This document shows, piece by piece, positions 8,505-17,508 of a DNA stretch of 64,000 bases (position 1 is its first letter; each line of letters begins with the position of its first letter). Made by a program: the position numbers and the translations under genes. The stretch lies in NCBI GenBank assembly GCA_047947115.1, contig CP170459.1, positions 4,832,001-4,896,000 of the forward strand, in the 5' to 3' direction. This DNA is from Verrucomicrobiota bacterium (GTDB taxonomy: Bacteria; Verrucomicrobiota; Verrucomicrobiia; Limisphaerales; AAA164-E04). Under the pieces are notes generated by a model. It made no database searches. It was given only the letters and a program-made list of their open reading frames with translations, and was not told the DNA's origin.

Positions 8505-9769
8505 CGCTTGCTTCCTTCCTTGCTGCGTTTCTTGGATTTGGCCTTCTTTTGGACGAGCAGTTCCTTCACACGCCGGTCACCGACCACTTTGGCTGTCATG
8601 GTAAGTCCCGAGAACGTGACCGACTCCTCACCTTCAGGCACATATCCCAGGTGCATGGTGAACAATCCTCCCATGGTATCCACTTCCGGCACCTCTCTCA
8701 ATTGCGGGTAATGCTCACGAAAATCGTCGATTTCCATCAATCCGTTGACACGCCACTGTCCAGGCGATATTTCTTCAATGTCAAACTCCTCTGGCTCGTC
8801 TTCATTTCGGATGGGGCCGAGGATCTCCTCAATGATGTCCTCCATGGTGACAATGCCTGCGGTGGATCCGAATTCGTCCACCACCACCGCCATACCACGA
8901 CGCTGGCGCTGAAGGCTCTTGAACAAATCCAGCAGGTTCATTGATTCAGGCACCAGCGAAGGCAGTTCCGTAAACTCAAACAAATCCCCGGCCGGATGCA
9001 ACAACATCGATCGGGTGTCGAGGATACCGACGATCTGGTCAGGCGTTTCACTGTATAACGGCAAACGTCGATGGCGATGTGTGCGAGCTTCCCTGGCCAT
9101 TTCCTCCACCGGCAAATCAAACGGCAGACAGGCCACCTGACTGCGCGGCGTCATCACGTCCGTCGCGCATTTCTGATCCAGTTCGATGATTTCAAGGATG
9201 ATCTCCTTTTCCTCCTGGTCCAGGGTTCCTTGTTGATAGCCCATTTCAAGAAGCTCTTCGTAATCGGAATCGGTCGTGGGGGTATTGGCCGACCGCAGGG
9301 ACTTGGGCGTGAACTTCCGAATCAAAGTCTGATCAAGTTGATCGGCCAGTCTTCGCAAAGGATACGTTACCATTTGGAGCGTTCTAAGCGGCTGAACGAC
9401 CCGAATGGCCCATTTCTCAGGCAACCGAACCGCCATCACCTTCGGCACGACCTCGCATCCGAACAGGATGATGACCGCCAGCAACGGCAGGGTGCTGCCT
9501 GCCTGCCAGATACCTTTGAGCACCATCCAGAGTCCGGTTGCCCAGATGGCGGAATTGAAGAACATGTTGCCCAGTACCACGGTGGCGAGCGCCTCGTGTG
9601 GTTGCTTGAAAATCAGGGAGATCCAGTCCGCCTCCATGGGGGACTTTTCCTTGAGACGCTGCATGTGCCATTTGCCCAGGGAAAACAAGGCCGACTCCGC
9701 CAGAGCAAACAGGAAACTCATCACCGCAAAAAAGGCGATTAACAGAATGGCTATTCCTGGAGTCAGCAC
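8501..9769 (-). CDS. Hemolysin-family CNNM (DUF21)-CBS-CorC protein
   Basis: AESALFSL, GCEVVPK, VMTPR, VVDEFGSTAGIVTMEDIIEEILG. Confidence 0.92.
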   Translation of the reverse strand: MLTPGIAILLIAFFAVMSFLFALAESALFSLGKWHMQRLKEKSPMEADWISLIFKQPHEALATVVLGNMFFNSAIWATGLWMVLKGIWQAGSTLPLLAVIILFGCEVVPKVMAVRLPEKWAIRVVQPLRTLQMVTYPLRRLADQLDQTLIRKFTPKSLRSANTPTTDSDYEELLEMGYQQGTLDQEEKEIILEIIELDQKCATDVMTPRSQVACLPFDLPVEEMAREARTHRHRRLPLYSETPDQIVGILDTRSMLLHPAGDLFEFTELPSLVPESMNLLDLFKSLQRQRRGMAVVVDEFGSTAGIVTMEDIIEEILGPIRNEDEPEEFDIEEISPGQWRVNGLMEIDDFREHYPQLREVPEVDTMGGLFTMHLGYVPEGEESVTFSGLTMTAKVVGDRRVKELLVQKKAKSKKRSKEGSKR

Positions 9770-9814
9770 GGGTTTGGATGAGATCGTAATCTTGGAAACA
9801 TCGTCATCAATGGA

Positions 9815-10042
9815 CTAAAGCATCTTGCTGGCATCACCCTTTTCATGACGAATGACCTGCTTTTTGACGGTTTCCACATTGGCAGTCAATTGGTAAACCG
9901 TTTCGAACAATCCCGATCGAAGTTTCTCATCGGACAATTTGGCAATCGCAGGCTGCAGTGTCATCATTTCATGGGCAATGCGGTGACAGGCCTGTTTGAT
10001 GGTTGCAATGGCGTTTACCTGATCCTCGGGTAGGTTTTGCAT
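9815..10042 (-). CDS. Small helical hypothetical protein
   Basis: 75-aa ORF filling the gap between fur and the CNNM genes on the same strand, with an AGAGG RBS-like sequence upstream. Confidence 0.6.
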   Translation of the reverse strand: MQNLPEDQVNAIATIKQACHRIAHEMMTLQPAIAKLSDEKLRSGLFETVYQLTANVETVKKQVIRHEKGDASKML

Positions 10043-10082
10043 GTGTCGCCTCTATCTTAACTTAAAAAGGGGGGAAAACCGT

Positions 10083-10562
10083 TCACCGGGAACTGTGCTT
10101 CTGCTTGCAACTTCCATGCTTTTTGAGTGATTCACAGTTGGCGGTGATCCTGAGGTTCTGGGAACGAATCTCGAAACCGAGCTTCTGGGTGATCTCATCC
10201 TCCAGTCGCTCAATCTTCTTGCTCTCAAACTCGACAATCCGATCGCAATCCTCACAGATGATATGATGGTGATTGGGATGTTCTCCGTAATTTGGATCGT
10301 AATACTTGTAATCCTTGCCGAAGTCCATTTCATGCACCAGACCACTCTCGGTCAATAAGGGCAATGTTCGATACACGGTGGCTCGTGAAATGGAGGGATC
10401 CTTCGCACGGGACCACTCCAGTAGTTGTTCCGCAGTAAAATGTTCCTCAGTATTGAAGACGACATCAATAATCGTCATCCGCTGCGACGTCAGCCGCAGC
10501 TTCTTGCTTTCAATGAATTCAAGAAACTTCTCTTTTGTCTGTTTGCCACCCTTGGATGTCAC
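10083..10562 (-). CDS. fur: Fur family transcriptional regulator
   Basis: RLTSQR, HFTAE, SRATVYRTL, HHHIICEDC. Confidence 0.93.
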   Translation of the reverse strand: MTSKGGKQTKEKFLEFIESKKLRLTSQRMTIIDVVFNTEEHFTAEQLLEWSRAKDPSISRATVYRTLPLLTESGLVHEMDFGKDYKYYDPNYGEHPNHHHIICEDCDRIVEFESKKIERLEDEITQKLGFEIRSQNLRITANCESLKKHGSCKQKHSSR

Positions 10563-10569
10563 TTAAGTC

Positions 10570-10597
10570 ATTATAACCATCATACTCAAGACGTCAA
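10570..10597 (-). promoter_or_regulatory. Sigma70-type promoter of fur (likely leaderless transcript)
   Basis: Minus strand TTGACG-16 nt-TATAAT, followed 7 nt later by the GTG start. Confidence 0.7.
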
Positions 10598-10826
10598 TTG
10601 AGGATTATCCGGGGAAAACGTTAAGGATTCTACCATAAACCCGCCAGATCACCTTTTTACTTTAACGATACAGAAAAGACTCAACCGACCAATTACCCCT
10701 TTTCCTTTAAAAAACATTGACTTTGAGCCTTTTTGAGTGTTCCTTGGGATTGTCTTAATTGAGGCTATTTAGACCTCGGTTCCTCGCTGCCCAGTGACAG
10801 TATTGCCATGCTGTCGCTGGGTTTTT

Positions 10827-13541
10827 TTATACCGACGAACGGTGACGCAACATCAACAGGCAAGGCAGGAAACCCAGGCCCGCCAACATGCAAGTGGCCA
10901 CCCCGATCGACATGACATATCCCAAACTTGTAATCCCTTGATGCTGAGCAAGCATCAGACTCCCAAACCCGGCCATGGTAGTCAACGCCGAGACCAACAC
11001 CGCCTTGCCGGTGCTTTTGGCAAATATGCTCGGATGGGCTTCTTCATGAAAGCGATTCAGGATATGAATGCCATTGGTCACTCCTATCCCGATGACAAGT
11101 GGTAAGGTCATGATATTGGCCGGGTTAAAAGGAATCCCAAGCCACCCCATCAAACCCAGCAACCAAATACTACCCACAAATACCGGCACCAACGCCAGAA
11201 AAACAGTGGTCAGCGAACGAAAATGCACCAGGACCAGCAGCACGATCGCTCCCAATGCATACAAAGCGGCCTCCTGATAGCTGATCTTGAGCAATTCAGT
11301 GTATTCGTAGAGCTGGACAGGGGTTCCGGTGATGATCGGATCATTGTCGTCATCTTCATCAAGACTTCTCAACTCTTTCAGAAAGACTTCCTGATGCGCC
11401 CGTTCCCAAACATTGCTCCTGGGATAAACCTGTACAAGCAACCTGCCGTCATTCCCGATAAACCGATGCTTCAATGCATCCGGCAAATCTTCCAGGGACA
11501 GTAAGGACCGCGTGTCCTGCCGGGCAATGGCATCCAGCATTTCATGAATGGACAGAAACAATCCCGTCTGGAACCTTGTCAAACGTTCCCGCGCTTCAGA
11601 CTCCGGCAATGATCGAACGATCTGCTGGAATTGTCCGATCGATGATGCAAGCTCCATCAGCTTCGGTTTCAATGCCTCCCCTTTCCCTTTTTCCTCGATG
11701 GAACGAATGGCCAGTTTGACATAACTGAACAAAAAGGACACCCCCTGGTTCAAGGCTTCGAGATCCACCGGTTCCTGATCAACTGGAGGCAGATTCACCG
11801 AAGCAGCCCGCTCCCGGATCGATTGGATGACGGCCAATTTCTCCTGATTTCCTGCCGAGACATAACTCGCCATGGATTCCACACTGGCTACCGAAGGCAA
11901 TTGTCTCACACGCTCTTCCATTGCCACCGCTTCCGACACGGAATCGGCGATGACTGCGCCAAACAAGACGGACTTTTCGCCGGAATGGATCAGTTTATGT
12001 TCAAACTGCACTGCTTCCAGCCCATGCGTCTGAAGATTCAACAGGTTGTAGTCAAAATATACCTTCGGAATCTGGAATGCCGCCAGCACACACAAACCCA
12101 ATCCAACCCCCAAAACTCGTTTGGGACGACTCAACCAAATCCGCTCCAGCCTTTCCCGCTTGGTTTCACCAAACACGGCACGATCATGATCGATCACGTT
12201 CTGCCGACCTTTCAGCAACAAGGCGGGCAACATCGTCATCATGGGAATCAGCGACAACAGCATCCCGCCTCCGGTAATGATCCCCATTTCCCGTATCCCC
12301 TTGAATTCGGTGATCCCCATCGCCAGAAAAGCGCCCGCCGTGGTCAAACAACCGGTAAAGATTCCTATCCCGGTGTAAACCAGAGCATTTCGAATGCTTT
12401 CTTCATTGGAATGACCTAGCCGCAACTCCTCCTCATATCGGGTGATCAAATGCACCCCGAAATCAATGGCCAAACCAACCAGCATGGGCACAAAAGCAAT
12501 GGTCAGGATATTGAGATGCCCCACGACAAGCGTGGTAAAACCCATGGTGTAACCCAAGGCAATCAAAAGGCACAAGGTCGCCTTGATGGGACGCCCGGTT
12601 TCCTGGTATCCGAATATGAAAATCAAGGTGACCACTACCAGGGAAACAATGGTTGCCTTGGTGGTGTCCAGTCGGGACTGGCGCATTTCATCAAATTCGA
12701 GCACCGATTTCCCCGTGATCCCGACATTCACCCCCGGCACCTTCGAGCGAATATCAGCCACCAGAACCCTCAGTCTGCGAACTGCCGGTTTCTCCAATTC
12801 ATCCGACACCGGTTGGGCGGTCAACAGGAACAACCGACCTTCGTCAAATTGGAGGTATTCTCTCCCGGAACTCCCCACCCCGCCCAACATCAGGCTGCTG
12901 ACATTGGGAGCCACCATGGGCTCAGCCTGTAGTAAACTGTTGCGCGCCTGGTTCAGCAGGGATGTCAGCAGAGGAAGGGATTTCGCCAGAGGATGATCTT
13001 CCACACGGGTCTCCTCGTTTTTTTTGGATTTTCCCGACAATCGAAATTCATGATTGATGCTGCGAACGATCGCATTCAGGTTGGTCACCTGGGCAAATCG
13101 TTCAATCATCGGAAGCGATTCCGCAAGCGTGTCGTCAAGACGCTGCAAATCCTCCATCTTCTTGATCAACTGAAGCGACTTTGAACCGAGACTTCCGAAA
13201 TCTCCCTTGAAGAATACATCCCGAAACAGTTCCGGCTCCGCCTGCAAACGTCTTCCCAGGCGTTCGATGAATTCACGGTTTTTCTCAGGATCCCCACTCT
13301 CCACGATGGTGACGAGTTCGTCCTGATTTTGAAAATGCTCCTTGTACTCCAGAAAATTCCGGTGGTAACGCTTTTCGGCGCCCACCAGATCGCTTCGACT
13401 GGTGTTGAACCCAAGGTGCGTGACCGTGTAGACCACACAGAGCCCGAATAACAGGAACTGTGGATAGACAAACCAGCCGGGGCGTCGACTGATCGCTCCG
13501 GCCAGACGTCCAAGCCAACGTTCCGCCCAGGCATGCTTCAT
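10827..13541 (-). CDS. MMPL/RND family transporter (HpnN-like lipid/hopanoid exporter)
   Basis: Two MMPL repeats (GLAIDFGVHLITRY; GIGVTNGIHILNRF; SALTTMAGFGSL), 904 aa. Confidence 0.88.
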   Translation of the reverse strand: MKHAWAERWLGRLAGAISRRPGWFVYPQFLLFGLCVVYTVTHLGFNTSRSDLVGAEKRYHRNFLEYKEHFQNQDELVTIVESGDPEKNREFIERLGRRLQAEPELFRDVFFKGDFGSLGSKSLQLIKKMEDLQRLDDTLAESLPMIERFAQVTNLNAIVRSINHEFRLSGKSKKNEETRVEDHPLAKSLPLLTSLLNQARNSLLQAEPMVAPNVSSLMLGGVGSSGREYLQFDEGRLFLLTAQPVSDELEKPAVRRLRVLVADIRSKVPGVNVGITGKSVLEFDEMRQSRLDTTKATIVSLVVVTLIFIFGYQETGRPIKATLCLLIALGYTMGFTTLVVGHLNILTIAFVPMLVGLAIDFGVHLITRYEEELRLGHSNEESIRNALVYTGIGIFTGCLTTAGAFLAMGITEFKGIREMGIITGGGMLLSLIPMMTMLPALLLKGRQNVIDHDRAVFGETKRERLERIWLSRPKRVLGVGLGLCVLAAFQIPKVYFDYNLLNLQTHGLEAVQFEHKLIHSGEKSVLFGAVIADSVSEAVAMEERVRQLPSVASVESMASYVSAGNQEKLAVIQSIRERAASVNLPPVDQEPVDLEALNQGVSFLFSYVKLAIRSIEEKGKGEALKPKLMELASSIGQFQQIVRSLPESEARERLTRFQTGLFLSIHEMLDAIARQDTRSLLSLEDLPDALKHRFIGNDGRLLVQVYPRSNVWERAHQEVFLKELRSLDEDDDNDPIITGTPVQLYEYTELLKISYQEAALYALGAIVLLVLVHFRSLTTVFLALVPVFVGSIWLLGLMGWLGIPFNPANIMTLPLVIGIGVTNGIHILNRFHEEAHPSIFAKSTGKAVLVSALTTMAGFGSLMLAQHQGITSLGYVMSIGVATCMLAGLGFLPCLLMLRHRSSV

Positions 13542-13560
13542 GAATTAAAAAAATGCCTGC

Positions 13561-14295
13561 TCAATCCTCGTCGGGGAATTCGGCATTTGAATAGATGTCT
13601 TTGACGTCATCGTGATCTTCCAGGGTATCGATCAATTTTTGAATGGATTCCGCCGCTTCGGCAGGCACTGGAGCCATCAACTCCGGCAAACACGTCACCA
13701 TGGCGGTTTCGGTGGCGATACCGGCCGATTCCACCGCCTTCAAAACTTCTTCGAATTTCCCCGGTTCCGTGAGAATTTCATACCCCTCTTCCTCGGCATT
13801 GAAATCTTCCGCACCGGCTTCCAAGGCCACTTCCATTACCTTTTCCTCATCAGCCGCATCGCGCGCTATCATGATCTGCCCCTTGCGGTGAAACAACCTG
13901 ACCACTGCACCCGCAGAAGCGATCGAACCGCCGTTTTTGGTGAGAATATGGCGTATCTCCGCCGCTGTGCGGTTTTTGTTGTCGGAGGAGATTTCAGCAA
14001 GAATGGCCACGCCATTGGGACCGTAAATCTCATACGTCAGATCCAGGTACGTGGAGGCGCCCCCCTCGCCCGTCGCTTTCTGAATGGCCCGTTGAACATT
14101 GTCCGAAGGCATGTTCGCCTGACGCGCCTTGAGCAGCACCATGCGCAGGCGAGGATTCGTATTCGGATCTTCACTCGCGCCTTCCTTCACCGCGACGAAT
14201 ATTTCGCGCGACAATTTGGAGAAAATTTTGGCACGCTTTGCGTCCGCCGGACCCTTGATATGCTTAACCTTTGACCACTTGTTATGACCTGCCAT
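13561..14295 (-). CDS. yebC: YebC/PmpR family protein
   Basis: MAGHNKWSKVKH, NPRLR, YEIYGPNGVA, DNKNRT, LEDHDDV. Confidence 0.96.
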   Translation of the reverse strand: MAGHNKWSKVKHIKGPADAKRAKIFSKLSREIFVAVKEGASEDPNTNPRLRMVLLKARQANMPSDNVQRAIQKATGEGGASTYLDLTYEIYGPNGVAILAEISSDNKNRTAAEIRHILTKNGGSIASAGAVVRLFHRKGQIMIARDAADEEKVMEVALEAGAEDFNAEEEGYEILTEPGKFEEVLKAVESAGIATETAMVTCLPELMAPVPAEAAESIQKLIDTLEDHDDVKDIYSNAEFPDED

Positions 14296-14415
14296 AGTAA
14301 GCTCTCTGGTTAAACGCCAGTGGATGATAATGCAAACCTTTTATAGTTTGCCTCAAATCAGGATTGTCAAAACCCCCTTCAACAAGGCAGAATCGGGTGC
14401 GAAGCACCTCATCAC

Positions 14416-15165
14416 ATGAAATCTATCCTATCACGAACCATCCTGGCTGCCAGCGTCATCACAACACTCGCCATTCAGGCCGCCGAGCCCGCCTTCGAAT
14501 CCATCTTCGACGGCAAAACCCTCAACGGCTGGCACGTCAGCACGAAAACCGGGCACAGCCGCGCCAGCGATCACAAAACCGGTGGTAAATGGATCGTCAG
14601 GGATGGCGCCATCATCGGCTCTCAGGATATCCCCGCCAACGGGGGCATCATCATAACCGACGAACAGTTCAGTGATTTTGAAGTTTCAATCGAAATGAAA
14701 AACGATTTTGGCCCGGACAGTGGACTGTTCCTGCGGAGCACCGAAGACGGCAAAGCATGGCAGGCCATGATCGACTACCACAGCGGCGGCAACCTGATGG
14801 GCATCTATGGAGAAGGACTCGGAGGCAAACCACACGTCCGTAATTACAGTTTCAAAGACAAGGTCACCGAAATCACCACTCAGCCAACCGGAGAACCCCC
14901 AGTTGCCTTCCCTATCCTTCCGGACGCCTGGCCCTCCTTCTGGCGACACGGACAATGGAACGAACTACGCGCCCGCATCGTGGGCAACCCGCCCCATATC
15001 ACCACCTGGATCAACGGCGTCAAGATCATGGAATGGAAAGAAACCGAACTGCGTCACCCCGACAAAGGCGGCATCGCCCTCCAGGTCCACGGCGGCGGCA
15101 ACCACACCGACGAATTCGTCCGCTACCGCAACATCCGGGTCAAAAGGCTGAGCACGGCAAAGTAG
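14416..15165 (+). CDS. DUF1080 (3-keto-disaccharide hydrolase-like) secreted protein
   Basis: Signal peptide, IFDGKTLNGW, DSGLFLR, WNELR, GIALQVH, YRNIRVK. Confidence 0.9.
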   Translation: MKSILSRTILAASVITTLAIQAAEPAFESIFDGKTLNGWHVSTKTGHSRASDHKTGGKWIVRDGAIIGSQDIPANGGIIITDEQFSDFEVSIEMKNDFGPDSGLFLRSTEDGKAWQAMIDYHSGGNLMGIYGEGLGGKPHVRNYSFKDKVTEITTQPTGEPPVAFPILPDAWPSFWRHGQWNELRARIVGNPPHITTWINGVKIMEWKETELRHPDKGGIALQVHGGGNHTDEFVRYRNIRVKRLSTAK

Positions 15166-15393
15166 GTCACCTTCTGATGCCAATGTGCCCATATTCCATT
15201 TGAACGGGAACAAGACAGAGAACTGCCATGAATAGAAATTGCCTGGATTGAAATAACACACGGAGGTGCGAACGCTCAAAAACCCGTCAAAGCCATCGAT
15301 GTCATTCTTGGAGTTTCACCCGGCTGGGACCTTCACCCCCGTCGAATACAAACGCGGCCCAGCCAGCTGGTTCTCACCATCACCGGCAGCCAC

Positions 15394-15789
15394 TCACCAA
15401 ACAGCCTCAACAGGAGAATCGTCCGCATGAAAAACGCGATCCTTGCTCAGGACCGGCACGTCGTGCTCAAGTGCAGTAGCGGCAATCAATCGATCTGCCG
15501 GATCACGGTGAGCCCAATCCAATTCCGCCATGGCAACCCAAAGTTCAAATGAGATGCCTTCCAATAACACACCACGCAACCCGCGCAGGCGGGGCAACCA
15601 TGGGCGGACGGAACCGGGCAGTGCCAATTTCCCCAATCGCCGTTTCCACTCCAACTCCCACAGGGAAACCCCGCTGATGATCAAATAACCCCGCCCTTCG
15701 CGACAGGCTCGGATGCGTTCCCTCGCCACGGAAGAAAGGGCCGGATCATTGCTCAGCCACCAAAGAAGTGTATGCGTGTCTAAGACCAT
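15394..15789 (-). CDS. vapC: Type II toxin, PIN-domain VapC family
   Basis: VLDTHTLLW, ISGVSLWE, HRDPADRLIAATA. Confidence 0.92.
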   Translation of the reverse strand: MVLDTHTLLWWLSNDPALSSVARERIRACREGRGYLIISGVSLWELEWKRRLGKLALPGSVRPWLPRLRGLRGVLLEGISFELWVAMAELDWAHRDPADRLIAATALEHDVPVLSKDRVFHADDSPVEAVW

Positions 15790-16127
15790 GGATTCCGATC
15801 ATCCTCCCGTTCCACTTCCCAATCAGCCAATGGCAATGGAGCCATCAGTTCCGATTCGCTTATCGGCACAACCGGCGTGGCCAGCATTCGGAGTTCTTCC
15901 AACAGAGATTCTTCTGACACTTGCGGTTTCTTTGGGGAAAACATCGTCGCCGGCTCACTCAAGATCATCCCGGCAGAAGATGAACCGGCCGGAGCCCCGG
16001 CAATCGGCTGGATCACCAACACTTCCCTTCCCCGATCCGTCACGATCAACGGTTCACCAGAGGCTTCCACGTCCCGGAAGAATTCCAACATCCGGGCTTT
16101 CAATTTACCTTTGGATACGCATTTCAC
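15780..16127 (-). CDS. Phd/YefM family antitoxin
   Basis: VSKGKLKARMLEFFRDVEASGEPLIVTDRGR. Overlaps the toxin start; GTG at 16127 preferred as start. Confidence 0.85.
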   Translation of the reverse strand: MKCVSKGKLKARMLEFFRDVEASGEPLIVTDRGREVLVIQPIAGAPAGSSSAGMILSEPATMFSPKKPQVSEESLLEELRMLATPVVPISESELMAPLPLADWEVEREDDRNPWS

Positions 16128-16133
16128 AAGGTC

Positions 16134-16162
16134 AATATGACCACAGTCGTGACCATAGTCAA
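16134..16162 (-). promoter_or_regulatory. TA promoter with two overlapping palindromic operators
   Basis: Minus strand TTGACT-17 nt-CATATT. TGACTATGGTCA and CGACTGTGGTCA cover the -35 to -10 region. Confidence 0.7.
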
Positions 16163-16367
16163 GCATGCTTGAACAGGGTCAGATAACCTCCACAGATCAC
16201 ACAGTCTTTCTGATTGCAATCAGGCAACTCACACAAATGAAGCATCATCGAAGAGAGTAGCCAGCTCGTACGATCAAAAAAAATGGGAGCAGATCTCTCG
16301 ATCAATGGTTTGATACAGCCGGTTCGAGGTAGAACTTGTATCCGTAGTATGGAGGGGCGGGAGGATT

Positions 16368-16402
16368 AAAAAAGAGGGCAACGGTGATCCATTACCCTCT
16401 TT
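16368..16402 (-). terminator. Intrinsic terminator after the NIPSNAP gene
   Basis: Minus strand aaagagggtaatgg-atca-ccgttgccctcttt followed by a T run. Confidence 0.7.
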
Positions 16403-16425
16403 GGCTGTCAAAAATCAACCGGAGC

Positions 16426-17220
16426 TCAGATTTGTGAGTAGGATGCGGGCACCAAATAGGTCTGGTGAATTTTGGAGACGGTGCCTTTGTAGCGTTCCAC
16501 TTGACGCAGTTCCTGCCAGCCCGGATCTTTGCCGAATCGATCCCAGGCGGCTTTGCGTTCTTCCATGTCTTTGTAGGCCACCATGTAGGTCAGGTTCGGA
16601 AGGCCAGGTCCGGTGAGGGCTTCGCCACAGAAGACACTGTCGAGGCCCACTCGTTCGAAGATGTCAAATTCTCCGCTGTTGAACATCTCCACTTTCAGAG
16701 CGGCTTTCATTTCATTGTGACTTTCATAGACACGAAGTTCAAAAATACGATCCCCCGTGCGCGGAATTTTCACATCCGGATAATCATCGAATGGTCTGAA
16801 CAAGGAAGATTCAATTCGGGTATAGGAAGGATTCTTCTGCGGGGTGGACAGATACTCTTGCGCGTCATTGAGAAACGTGCCGTCAGAACCCAAGGTGCGC
16901 CGGATGTTGTAATAGTCCTCAAATGTCGGATAAGGAATCAAGGCATAGACCGAATGATCGGTTTCCCCCTCTTTTGCCTGGGGATAGAATACTCCAAGCG
17001 GCTTGATCCCGAGACGGTTCAAGGCAGGAATCGCCGCATGCTGCAAATGTCGGTCAACGATCCCGCGTCCTTCGGCCGTTTCAATATTCCATTTTCGGAA
17101 CTCAAGCACGGCAGGGCTTTTGGCTCCTGTTTTGGACGCGGCATGCAGTGGATTGGATTGGGTGATGCCCGCGGTGACAGCTGTCGCGGCGGCGGTTTGT
17201 AAAAATGTTCTTCTGTTCAT
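16426..17220 (-). CDS. Tat-exported NIPSNAP family protein
   Basis: NRRTFL Tat motif; IFELRVYESH, MFNSGE, PNLTYM, WDRFGKDPGW, YSQI end. Confidence 0.88.
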   Translation of the reverse strand: MNRRTFLQTAAATAVTAGITQSNPLHAASKTGAKSPAVLEFRKWNIETAEGRGIVDRHLQHAAIPALNRLGIKPLGVFYPQAKEGETDHSVYALIPYPTFEDYYNIRRTLGSDGTFLNDAQEYLSTPQKNPSYTRIESSLFRPFDDYPDVKIPRTGDRIFELRVYESHNEMKAALKVEMFNSGEFDIFERVGLDSVFCGEALTGPGLPNLTYMVAYKDMEERKAAWDRFGKDPGWQELRQVERYKGTVSKIHQTYLVPASYSQI

Positions 17221-17508
17221 GATGACTGGTTGTTGTTTCTTATACGGTTTTACGGAAGAAAAACAAGCTCACAAAACACCTCCCAACCCAATTACGATGT
17301 GATTCAAAAAAGATGCTTAACGGACCAGGTCGCCTCCCTCGCCCTCATTGTCGCAAATAAGTCACAATTCTGTAACCTTCCAAGGCGGCGCTCCGTCTCA
17401 TCAGATTGTTCAAAGGGTAAAAAAATTCGGATCGGTATCTTGGCGAAGTGGGCAAATGGAATTTCCATTCCAATGCACTGGCTCGGAAGCATCAAAAGCA
17501 CCATCCGC

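Noticed and set aside
15240..15365. IS3-like transposase C-terminal remnant (…TPVEYK…) beside the TA module
   Set aside because: The resemblance covers only a few residues and no terminal repeat was recognised. It needs blastx to be credible.
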